IMG/VR virus record: IMGVR_UViG_3300025276_000020
Length of the DNA stretch: 64,000 nt
Source of the DNA: a virus
Strand: one strand, 5' to 3'
In this document: positions 39,751 to 48,468 of the stretch, in pieces
Layout of the letters: each line of letters begins with the position of its first letter
Numbering within the stretch: the first letter of the stretch is position 1
Translations under genes and position numbers: made by a program
The notes under the pieces: generated by a model
What the model saw: the letters and a program-made list of their open reading frames with translations, nothing else
Told to the model about the DNA's origin: nothing
Database searches by the model: none

Positions 39751-39767
39751 CTTTCCTCAAAAAACTT

Positions 39768-39806
39768 CAAAATAATGGTTGACTTTTCTGCCAGCCATGC
39801 TATAAT
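39768..39806 (+). promoter_or_regulatory. Early promoter cassette
   Basis: AAAATAATGG-TTGACT-16-TATAAT; TGGTTG..CAGCCA. Confidence 0.8.
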
Positions 39807-40415
39807 AGTTGTATAAAATAATGAAAGAGAGTGATAATATGACAGCATTTACCAAAGAAGACTTTACCTGGGACGGAATGTACCTAATGTATAGAGGCAG
39901 ACACACCCAGAGTGTGAACATGGAAGTCGCAAGACCTACTTGTCACCCATCTTGGCATGGGTTACCAAAGCCAGAATTCATCGCTAGATTCAAGTACGGA
40001 TATAAGCCTTGGAAAGCTTGGGTCAACTTCTTAGTTAAGAACACTACTGTTGAGCAATACTTGGCTCTACAAGAAGCAGAGCATCCAGTCGGTGCGATGA
40101 AAGCCTTAGGTTACAAGGGGAAGTGTTAATGATAGAGTATTTTAAAGAAATCACGGTGTGGGATAGCAATATCCCAAATCACACATACATGATCGATAAA
40201 GACGGTCATCTCGTTGGGTACATCAAAACAGGTACCACCGAAGAAATCATCTTCGGCAAGCCCATGAAGCAGTTTTCTAAGTCCCGCAGAAAATTCGTCA
40301 AGCTAAAAAGGTAGTATAAATATCTCACTTTTGCATAAAAAGACTTGACACAGGATTTATATCGTGTATAATAAAGTTATAGACTTAGAAGTATAATCAA
40401 CAGAGGCTAATCTAA

Positions 40416-41009
40416 ATGAATATTAAAACAACTGGATATTGGTTATCGGGTGCTATGTCAGTAGCATGTTTACTTGGTTTGTCGTACATGGGTGTTCATG
40501 TTGCTCAAGTGCAAGCTAATGAAGTTGCGACAATAAAGAAAGCTCAAGAAGTCTCTATTGTCCAAGCACAAATACTCCGTGAAGAAAGAGAGTATGAGTA
40601 CGCAACTCAACATCGCTGTCTAGCGTTAAATATATATCACGAGGCTAGAAGTGATGGAGACTTAGGTCAACAAGCAGTTGGCTTTGTTACTATGAATAGG
40701 GTAGAGAATGATAGGTATCCTGAGACCATATGTGACGTTGTGTATCAAGCACACGTGAACGCAAAGGGTAGTCCAATCATAAACAAGTGCCAATTTTCTT
40801 GGTATTGTGACGGTAAATCAGACACCCCAAAAGATAAAGAACGTATTCATACTGCCATGTTAGTGGCAGAATATGTCATGTCGCAATATAATAAGATACC
40901 TGATATGACAGGTGGTGCTATTATGTACCATGCTCACTACAGTAATCCATACTGGTCTAAGGCATACGAGCGTACAGTACGAATAGATAGTCATATATTC
41001 TACAAATAA
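40416..41009 (+). CDS. Cell wall hydrolase, SleB/Hydrolase_2 family
   Basis: CLALNIYHEAR, V.MNRV...YP.TICDVVYQ, CQFSWYCDGK, YHA.Y..PYWS, IDSHIFY; N-terminal TM. Confidence 0.92.
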   Translation: MNIKTTGYWLSGAMSVACLLGLSYMGVHVAQVQANEVATIKKAQEVSIVQAQILREEREYEYATQHRCLALNIYHEARSDGDLGQQAVGFVTMNRVENDRYPETICDVVYQAHVNAKGSPIINKCQFSWYCDGKSDTPKDKERIHTAMLVAEYVMSQYNKIPDMTGGAIMYHAHYSNPYWSKAYERTVRIDSHIFYK

Positions 41010-41029
41010 GATAGGTGTGAAAGTTAGTA

Positions 41030-42238
41030 ATGATAGATACAAGCAAGTTCCAGGACGTGATAACAGGCTTAAAAAATAGCGGTAATTACAGAGTCTTTAA
41101 TGACATAATACGTGAGAGAGGTGAATTCCCTCAAGCATTATATTACGGTCCATATAACATTAAGAACATAGTTAATTGGTGTAGTAATGACTATCTGGGC
41201 ATGGGACAACACAAAGTAGTATTAGATGCAATGCACACGGCTTTAGATCAGACTGGTGCAGGTAGTGGCGGTACTAGAAATATTGCAGGTACTAGCCACT
41301 ATCATGTTGCATTAGAGCGTGAACTTGCCGAATTGCACAATAAAGAAAGCGCACTGTTGTATACTAGTGCTTATGTGGCAAACGAGTGGACGTTAATTGC
41401 TCTCAGTAAGATTATTCCAGATATAGAATTTGTGAGCGACAGTAAGAACCACGCAAGTCTTATTCAAGGCATGAAACACAGTGGTGCACCCAAGCACGTA
41501 TTTGAACACAATAACATGGAACAGTTGCGTGAAGTCCTATCTAATATAAAGGGTACTCCTTGCATTGTGTTTGAAAGCGTGTATAGTATGGATGGATATG
41601 TAAGCTTAATCGAAGAGATACTGGATATAGCTGAAGAATATAAAGCTATGACGTATATAGATGAAGTACATGCTGTTGGATTATATGGAAATACTGGCGC
41701 AGGATTCACTGAGTTATTGGGAGTGCAACATAGAGTTGACTTCATCAATGGAACGCTAGGTAAGGCTTTTGGTTGTCAAGGAGGATACATATCTGGCGAT
41801 GCCATTGCTATCGATGCTATACGCAGTATTGCGAGTGGATTCATATTTACAACAAGTCTAAGCCCAGTGATGTGTGCAGGTGCATTGAGTGCTATCAAGT
41901 ATCTTAAGAGCAGTAATGGTGTGGAGCTGAGAGCTATTCACCAAGAACGTGCAAAGAAACTAAAAGACGTACTCAAGGAAAGAGATATAGATGTGCTAGA
42001 GAATGAAACTCATATCGTGCCTGTTATGATAGGAGATGCTGTAAGATGTAAGTCTGTCAGCGATGAACTTATTACACGTTACGATATATATGTACAACCT
42101 ATAAATTATCCGACAGTATCTATGGGAACTGAAAGACTTAGATTTGCGCCTACTCCACTACACACAGATGCTATGATGCTCGATTTAGCTGAAAAACTCA
42201 AAGAAATAATAGGATTTAGAAAGTCAAACTTTTTATAA
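41030..42238 (+). CDS. hemA: 5-aminolevulinate synthase (C4/Shemin pathway)
   Basis: WCSNDYLGMG, GAGSGGTRNI.G, NHASLIQG, FESVYSMDG, DEVHAVGLYG, GTLGKAFG, YVQPINYPTV..GTERLR. Confidence 0.95.
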   Translation: MIDTSKFQDVITGLKNSGNYRVFNDIIRERGEFPQALYYGPYNIKNIVNWCSNDYLGMGQHKVVLDAMHTALDQTGAGSGGTRNIAGTSHYHVALERELAELHNKESALLYTSAYVANEWTLIALSKIIPDIEFVSDSKNHASLIQGMKHSGAPKHVFEHNNMEQLREVLSNIKGTPCIVFESVYSMDGYVSLIEEILDIAEEYKAMTYIDEVHAVGLYGNTGAGFTELLGVQHRVDFINGTLGKAFGCQGGYISGDAIAIDAIRSIASGFIFTTSLSPVMCAGALSAIKYLKSSNGVELRAIHQERAKKLKDVLKERDIDVLENETHIVPVMIGDAVRCKSVSDELITRYDIYVQPINYPTVSMGTERLRFAPTPLHTDAMMLDLAEKLKEIIGFRKSNFL

Positions 42239-42241
42239 ATA
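42234..42241 (+). promoter_or_regulatory. Late promoter TATAAATA
   Basis: Exact consensus upstream of the P-loop kinase gene. Confidence 0.7.
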
Positions 42242-42274
42242 AGACTAGTAAATCAAATAATAAGGAACCCAATC

Positions 42275-42979
42275 GTGTTAACGTTTGAAAATTATCTTAA
42301 AGAAGAGTTTGTTACCCTTAAGAGGGAACTAGAAGAAGGTGTCAACGATCCAGCTATTTTTAAAGCAGTGTTCTTAGCCGGTGGACCTGGCTCTGGTAAA
42401 TCATTCATTGTTGGTAAGACTGGACTCACATCGCTTGGATTCAAAGTTGTCAACTCTGATGACGCATTCGAGAAAGCAATGGCTAAAGCAGGTATGGAGA
42501 TGGACCCAGAGAATATCTTCTCTGTGCAAGGTCAAGAGTTACGTGGTAAAGCAAAAGTCTTAACAGGCGTTAAGCAAGCAATGTATATTAAAGGTCGTTT
42601 AGGGTTAGTCATCGATGGTACTGGTAAAGATACTCAGAAGTTGATCAAACAGGCAAAATCGTTAAAATCTATTGGGTATGACACTAGTATGATCTTTGTT
42701 AACACCGATCTAGCTACAGCGCAGTCACGTAATAAAGCACGTAAACGTACACTACCTGAAGATGAAGTAGAGCAGTATTGGACAACAGTTCAGAAAAACA
42801 TTGGTGCATTCCAGACGTTTTTCGGCAAGCAAAAGTTTACTGTAGTAGATAACTCTGAAGGTAAAGACTACGGCGTAGAGACTCTACGAGCTTATAAAGA
42901 AGTCACTAAATTCGTGAAAGCAAAGCCTGATAATTCCAGTGCTAAAGCATGGATTAAGGCACAACGAAAAACAAGGTAA
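42275..42979 (+). CDS. P-loop kinase (zeta-toxin/AAA_33-like)
   Basis: KAVFLAGGPGSGKS, VNSDD, LVIDGTG, RNKARKR lid. Confidence 0.8.
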   Translation: MLTFENYLKEEFVTLKRELEEGVNDPAIFKAVFLAGGPGSGKSFIVGKTGLTSLGFKVVNSDDAFEKAMAKAGMEMDPENIFSVQGQELRGKAKVLTGVKQAMYIKGRLGLVIDGTGKDTQKLIKQAKSLKSIGYDTSMIFVNTDLATAQSRNKARKRTLPEDEVEQYWTTVQKNIGAFQTFFGKQKFTVVDNSEGKDYGVETLRAYKEVTKFVKAKPDNSSAKAWIKAQRKTR

Positions 42980-43178
42980 TCTTAGGAGGCAATATGTCTA
43001 ACGTGATCGAATTTCCTACAAAGCCGAAGCCTACCGAAGTTGAACTTCAAGCTACACAAATAGGAGAACAGGCTACCCTTATTGAATTGCAGATGCTAGA
43101 GATACAAAAACTCCAGCGTCTTATGGAAGAGAAAGATATTTAATGTAACGCATTGAGCGTTTGAATTGGAGATGTTAA

Positions 43179-43715
43179 TTGAATTTAAAAGAACTAACGT
43201 GGGATAACCACAGAGATGCTGAACGCAAGAAGTTTGCATCAATCCTAATGAGTGGCAAGATAGACCCAGCCCTCTATCATCGATACCTCGTAAATCAATT
43301 TTATAACTACGTTTCACTAGAGTACAAGTTACCTCTAACGGAACTTGGTCTGACCGATATTGCCAGGTCTCAATTGATAGGAGAAGATATTCGTGAACTC
43401 GAAGACTTATATGGATTTGATAGAATGGATATTACAATCGCACAATGTACTAAGGATTATACCGAGTACTGCGAGAACTTATATGAGAATGATAAAGATG
43501 GTCTAGTGGCACATATGTATGTCCGACACTTTGGAGATATGTACGGCGGAGCTATGATCGCTAAACGTATTCCTGGTAGTGGCAAGATGTACCAGTTTGA
43601 GAAAGTAGAAGAACTAAAAACGAATGTTCGTAATCTGTTGAGTGACAGTATGGCACCAGAGGCTAATAGATGTTTTAAATTTGCAATAAGGCTATTTGAG
43701 GAGTTATTACAATGA
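43179..43715 (+). CDS. hemO: Heme oxygenase (HemO-type)
   Basis: LKELTWDNHRDAE proximal His; AHMYVRHFGDMYGG distal helix; EANRCF. Confidence 0.92.
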   Translation: MNLKELTWDNHRDAERKKFASILMSGKIDPALYHRYLVNQFYNYVSLEYKLPLTELGLTDIARSQLIGEDIRELEDLYGFDRMDITIAQCTKDYTEYCENLYENDKDGLVAHMYVRHFGDMYGGAMIAKRIPGSGKMYQFEKVEELKTNVRNLLSDSMAPEANRCFKFAIRLFEELLQ

Positions 43716-43854
43716 AAGAAAGTAAGAGCGAACTTGACGCAACATACGAGAAAGTCATGGAAGCATTCGATAGGCGAGAACATCGCCAAAAACGAATGAA
43801 CCTGATGATCTTAGGTCTATATGCAGTAATAGTGATTACTATGTTTGTGGGAGC

Positions 43855-44544
43855 ATGGTTATGAGTATAGTATGGAAAAGTCTCATCGATCTACAAGATC
43901 ACTTCATAGAGGAGTTTTCTGGCAGTGGAATCGAAGTACAAGAACCTGGTATGGAGCAGTTCAACAAACCTGGTTGGGTAAATAGAGTTTGGACATCCCA
44001 AGACTATCGTAGGGCACACGTTGATGTTGTCGATATGCGTGAAGAGAAGAAGATGTGGATGATGCACGTCTGTGTGTTTCCTCACACCGATAGTGATGCA
44101 CCTATCTATGGATTTGATGTAATAGCTGGTGCTAATAAGATGACTGGCGCATTCCACGATTTCTCTGCTACGACTAATATAGAACACCCAATGATTGATT
44201 GGTTTGGTACGGTCGCATCTGCACTATCATGGAAGAGAGAGCGAGAGTTACCTGAATGGGCTAAAGCTATATTCACTGATCATATGATTGCCGCAGGTAT
44301 GGTTAAAGATCCTATAGAGATTGCACAGATAACTGGCACGGCAATGGAAACACTATCATATTATCTCAAAGAAATCGGTAACTATAACGGATACTCTTCA
44401 CAAGAATTGGGCATAGCCACACAGAATAACTATGCACATTATCAGAAACAGAATCCTCACACACCTAACGTAATGAAGAGCCTAGGCATCGATCCTGATG
44501 ACGTAGACTTATTCATTCAGAAGTGTCTTTTTCCAGAGCTTTAA
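43855..44544 (+). CDS. pcyX: Ferredoxin-dependent bilin reductase, PcyX/PcyA-like
   Basis: RRAHV, MHVCVFP, PIYGFDVIAG, AFHDFS, RELPEWAKAIF, QKQNPHT, LFP; next to heme oxygenase. Confidence 0.85.
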   Translation: MVMSIVWKSLIDLQDHFIEEFSGSGIEVQEPGMEQFNKPGWVNRVWTSQDYRRAHVDVVDMREEKKMWMMHVCVFPHTDSDAPIYGFDVIAGANKMTGAFHDFSATTNIEHPMIDWFGTVASALSWKRERELPEWAKAIFTDHMIAAGMVKDPIEIAQITGTAMETLSYYLKEIGNYNGYSSQELGIATQNNYAHYQKQNPHTPNVMKSLGIDPDDVDLFIQKCLFPEL

Positions 44545-44630
44545 TAGTCTTTCGTATACATAGAAAGTAGGGTAATTCTGCCCTACATTTTGTGAGCGAC
44601 AGGGTAAAGCTGTCAAACAAGGAGAAAGAT

Positions 44631-44945
44631 ATGAAATCATTACTAGTTGTAATACTAGCAGTACTGTCTACGAGCGCATTCGCCGCACCATACGTAGAAT
44701 ATTCGAATCAACAACGATACACAGACCTGGACTACTCAGGTAAGTACAATCATGTACGCATTGGATACAAAGCAGACAATGGAATATACCTCGAAGCAGG
44801 TAGAGATCAAGACGGCAACGCTTTTGAGACTGGATATAGTTTCAATTTTAACGAGCGACTGAGCATTAATGGTAAGTGGGAAGGTTCCAATACCGATAAG
44901 CTGAGACACACTGTTGAGACTGAGATCAGGTACACATTTAAGTAA
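44631..44945 (+). CDS. Small secreted porin-like beta-strand protein
   Basis: Signal peptide ending AFA; alternating beta strands; C-terminal RYTF(K) beta-signal-like end. Confidence 0.6.
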   Translation: MKSLLVVILAVLSTSAFAAPYVEYSNQQRYTDLDYSGKYNHVRIGYKADNGIYLEAGRDQDGNAFETGYSFNFNERLSINGKWEGSNTDKLRHTVETEIRYTFK

Positions 44946-44954
44946 GGATATATT

Positions 44955-45914
44955 ATGGAACTACTAACTATCTGGAGCCTTATTGGGTTTCTTTTTGCCG
45001 CTTATGCAGTAATTGCAAATGATTCAGTGCAGACGCTCGGCACTTGGATGGCATCAAACAATGAGCGATTCAACTACAAGACTATGTGGGCAGCCGCAAG
45101 TGCTGTGCTACTAGCAACACTGTGGTATGGTTGGACTGTAAATGGTGGAGACATCAGTTATGGTCGATTGAATAAGATTCCCTGGCAAGAAGTTCAGTGG
45201 TATCATGCCGCCGCACCAGGAATACTCGTACTACTTACAAGACTAGGTGTACCGGTATCAACATCCTTTCTAGTGTTGAGTGCTTTTGCAAGTACTTTTG
45301 TGCTAGAAAAGATGTTGATGAAGAGCATCATGGGTTATGGTATTGCCGCTCTGTTTGCATACGGTGTGTGGTACGTTGTATCACGTACACTTGATGAGGC
45401 AGAACCAGTACAAGAAAAGAACAAAAACTATTGGCGAATAGCGCAGTGGTTTGCAACAGGCGGATTATGGTGGACTTGGTTGTCGCATGATATGGCTAAT
45501 ATTGCTGTGTTCTTACCTCGTGTTGTGCCAGTCGATCTAATGTTCTTGATATCATCTGTTTTCGTGATTGGTCTATTCTTTATGTTTAAAGAACGAGGTG
45601 GTAAGATTCAACAGATTGTACTAGAGAAGCACAACACAAGATATGTCCGTAGTGCAACTCTGATCGATTTGTTCTATTGGTTATGTCTGTACTTCTTCAA
45701 AGAACTTAATGATATTCCTATGTCAACTACGTGGGTCTTTGTTGGTATGCTTGCTGGTCGTGAACTTGCTATCGCAACGTTTACAGGTAAGATGAAAATA
45801 AAATCTGTATTCCCTTTAGTGGGAAGAGACTTTATGAAGATGATGATTGGACTCGGTGCTTCAGTTGCTATCGTCTTAACAATACATTATGTACTGATAC
45901 CAAACGGACTATAA
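44955..45914 (+). CDS. Multi-pass membrane transporter, PiT (phosphate/sulfate permease)-like
   Basis: Duplicated PiT-type signatures ANDSVQT / HDMAN and PVSTS / PMSTT; many TM helices. Confidence 0.65.
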   Translation: MELLTIWSLIGFLFAAYAVIANDSVQTLGTWMASNNERFNYKTMWAAASAVLLATLWYGWTVNGGDISYGRLNKIPWQEVQWYHAAAPGILVLLTRLGVPVSTSFLVLSAFASTFVLEKMLMKSIMGYGIAALFAYGVWYVVSRTLDEAEPVQEKNKNYWRIAQWFATGGLWWTWLSHDMANIAVFLPRVVPVDLMFLISSVFVIGLFFMFKERGGKIQQIVLEKHNTRYVRSATLIDLFYWLCLYFFKELNDIPMSTTWVFVGMLAGRELAIATFTGKMKIKSVFPLVGRDFMKMMIGLGASVAIVLTIHYVLIPNGL

Positions 45915-46066
45915 AATGATAGATAGGGTCAGGAAAGCATTGACAGGTAAAAGATCACGTGTTATACTGATCCTATCCTTCACATTCTTCTTAGTGAAGG
46001 GTCTCGCATGGTTAGCTCTATGGGCATATGCGATGTATTTTGGTTACACATTTTTTGATTAATGTC

Positions 46067-46104
46067 TTGACAAGTGCGTCAAAATGGTGTAAACTGTATA
46101 AATA
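46067..46104 (+). promoter_or_regulatory. Tandem early (TTGACA-17-TAAACT) and late (TATAAATA) promoters for tmRNA
   Basis: Both motifs lie directly upstream of the tmRNA acceptor piece. Confidence 0.7.
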
Positions 46105-46109
46105 AGACG

Positions 46110-46405
46110 TAGGTTGACAGTTGTTAATCTACAATTTGATTTGTTGAAGCAGATTGATACTGAACAGGACTCGGGTTCGAATCCCGACAGCTCCACCAAA
46201 AGCATACTGAATATGGCTAGTATGTTTTTGATGGGGCTGAACTGGGAATCGACTGGCAGGGTAGAAAAGTGGAGAATCCGGGTACGAGCTCCGTTAACGC
46301 AAGAAACTAAAGTAAACGCAAACGATAATTTTGCTCCTGTAGACTACGCCCTAGCGGCATAGTTGTACGGGGTTCGCCAGTACCTGTCAACAGAAACTGG
46401 CACCT
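46110..46405 (+). ncRNA. ssrA: Circularly permuted two-piece tmRNA, tag ANDNFAPVDYALAA
   Basis: Acceptor piece ends GGTTCGAATCCCGACAGCTCCACCA (46198); hairpin spacer; coding piece starts GGGGCTG (46233) giving G3:U70; tag 46318-46362; GTTGACAG/CTGTCAAC pairing between pieces. Confidence 0.93.
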
Positions 46406-46435
46406 TTTTACGAAACAAACAAAGAAAGAAAACAG

Positions 46436-46798
46436 ATGAAAAACGTAATTTTGGCTACGGCCGCACTAGTAGCCTCAGCATCAGCAGTCGCCGCATTCGA
46501 TGTGACTGACACATTTAGTATTGACAGCGAAGTAAAAACGTGGTATAATACAAGTCAATCAACATGGACTGCACACTACGAAGTTAAACCAACTTACTCA
46601 CCCTCGGCTCTACCAGGTATGGCTGTATATGTGATGAACGATGGCGATCTACGTGATGTAAAGTATGATGGCGTTGAACTTGGAATGGAATACAAAATGG
46701 ATAACTCAATGGTTAGCCCAGTATTGAAAGCCAAGGTAGGATATGATGAAGATTGGAATCGTGGTGACATTTTTGTCGGTGCAACTTTCAACTTCTAA
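46436..46798 (+). CDS. Secreted porin-like beta-barrel protein
   Basis: Ala-rich signal peptide; amphipathic beta strands; C-terminal VGATFNF. Confidence 0.65.
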   Translation: MKNVILATAALVASASAVAAFDVTDTFSIDSEVKTWYNTSQSTWTAHYEVKPTYSPSALPGMAVYVMNDGDLRDVKYDGVELGMEYKMDNSMVSPVLKAKVGYDEDWNRGDIFVGATFNF

Positions 46799-46862
46799 AG
46801 TATAGGCTTGGTGCACCTTAACGCACCAACTTTTAACATTAACTACAACACGGTGAAAAATT

Positions 46863-47120
46863 ATGACAGGTATTATTATCCCCTCAAGCGATCACGACAA
46901 AAAGCGTATCAAAGAATGTATGCAAGAGATAAGTAACTCTTATCTACGACAGGAAGCTGAACGTGAGTTTGTCAAAGAAGCCCTAATCTCTCTAGAAGAC
47001 GATGTAGGCATCCCCAAAAAATATCTAGGTAAAATGGCTCGTATCTATCATAAGCAGAACATGAGCGAATTGCTGTCCGAAATCTGTGAGATCGAAGCTT
47101 TATTGGAAAGTGTTCAATAA
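46863..47120 (+). CDS. dsbA: T4 DsbA-like dsDNA-binding protein
   Basis: IKE..QEIS.S..R.EAE....KE...IPKKY..KMARIYHKQN; synteny before gp33. Confidence 0.7.
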   Translation: MTGIIIPSSDHDKKRIKECMQEISNSYLRQEAEREFVKEALISLEDDVGIPKKYLGKMARIYHKQNMSELLSEICEIEALLESVQ

Positions 47121-47598
47121 ACACTTGACACGAGCCCAATTCGATGTTATACTATACAAGTATAAACAATAGAGGAGTATCTTAATGAATCATATCAAGA
47201 CATATTTCAAAGAAGGCACCGATGGTGCGAGAGCAGAAGTCTTCTTAGAAGAAGGGGTCTACTGTATTCGATATTACATGGGTATTGGAGATACTGAGTT
47301 TTTCCGTAGAGAGGAGTTTGAAGACAAGTCTAGGCAATATGTCGAAGATGCGGCTGAGAATTGGGCTTTAGGAATTAAGGTACTAAATGGCTAGAGTTAC
47401 ATATAACGAGCCAACACTCTATAACGTTGATATAGACCCTAAAGAAGGCAAAGTAATCTTAGGTGGTGAAGAGTATATTATTAATAATAAACGTGAAGCA
47501 AGCGTTTTTAAAACAGCCTATTTACTGGGCAGGGAGCATAAAAAATCGCAAATACTAAAGACATTGGGCTTATAGCACAACTAAATTCTGAAACGATA

Positions 47599-47793
47599 AT
47601 GAAAGAAATTTCAGCAAATATCGCTAAGGGTGTACCATACATTGATGCAGTGATTGTATACGCAGAATCGTATGGACTGGAAGTAGAGGTAGTTGGAGAG
47701 ATCATTCGAAGATCACCTGTACTTAAGGCAAAGATTTATAGAGAAGCAGAAGAACTAAATATGGTAGAGAAGTTAACAAGGCTGCCAGTGTGA
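47599..47793 (+). CDS. gp33: Late transcription coactivator gp33
   Basis: YIDAVI.Y.E...LEVE...LKAKI..EAEELN...LPV; synteny with gp59 and gp32. Confidence 0.85.
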   Translation: MKEISANIAKGVPYIDAVIVYAESYGLEVEVVGEIIRRSPVLKAKIYREAEELNMVEKLTRLPV

Positions 47794-48395
47794 CAGACCG
47801 ATCAATGTACTCAACTAGAGAGGCGTTTGAACTCTATAGCTACTACATTGCTCTGAAGAAGCACTTTACCACTTCGTATGATTTTCACAAATATGGTGGT
47901 AAGATGAGGTTGTCTGTAGATAGTTTTGAACGCAGAAAAGATAAGTTCTTCTTCTATAAGTTGGGAAAGCGTAAGGACTCTAAAGAGTTTCTACTCGCTA
48001 ATGTGATTGATAATCCAGAAATATGGATTGGCAATTTGATAGATAACAAGACCGCTGATGAGATATTCAGAGAGTGGTCAAAGAGACAACAGTCTTTGGG
48101 ATACGTGTTTGGCAATGAGCTAGATGAATTGAACGAAGACTTTAACTCTAACTTTATTGTTGAAGACGGACAGTACTCTAGGGTATTACAACTCTACAAC
48201 ATGAAGCGACTGAGCATCGAAACTCTAGTCATCTTAGATGATCTGACAGGATGCTTTAAATATTGGGATAAGAATATCAACGATACCATCGTTTATCCTA
48301 ATATAAATAAGATTGTTAAGAAATATCGACCTTTTTTAAATTATGATAAAGTGAAAATGAAGAAAATATGTCTTGACAAATACACCGCGGTCTAG
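47790..48395 (+). CDS. gp59: Helicase loader gp59
   Basis: YIALKKHFT..YDFHKYGGK, FERRKDKFFFYKL, SIETLVIL, KYRPFL. Confidence 0.92.
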   Translation: MTDRSMYSTREAFELYSYYIALKKHFTTSYDFHKYGGKMRLSVDSFERRKDKFFFYKLGKRKDSKEFLLANVIDNPEIWIGNLIDNKTADEIFREWSKRQQSLGYVFGNELDELNEDFNSNFIVEDGQYSRVLQLYNMKRLSIETLVILDDLTGCFKYWDKNINDTIVYPNINKIVKKYRPFLNYDKVKMKKICLDKYTAV

Positions 48396-48468
48396 TATAA
48401 TAGACCAATACAACGATATACATCGTAACATAAACCGCTATATATAGCATAATACAGGAAATACTAAT

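Noticed and set aside
43179-44544. Cyanophage assignment from heme oxygenase plus bilin reductase
   Set aside because: ALA synthase and an alpha-type permuted tmRNA fit an alphaproteobacterial host better; no photosynthesis genes in the window
44608-44620. Pho box upstream of the transporter
   Set aside because: Only one CTGTCA half-site, inside a hairpin, with no 11-bp direct repeat
46114-46362. 82-aa ORF ending ANDNFAPVDYALAA
   Set aside because: It is the tmRNA tag frame read through the RNA gene, not a protein gene
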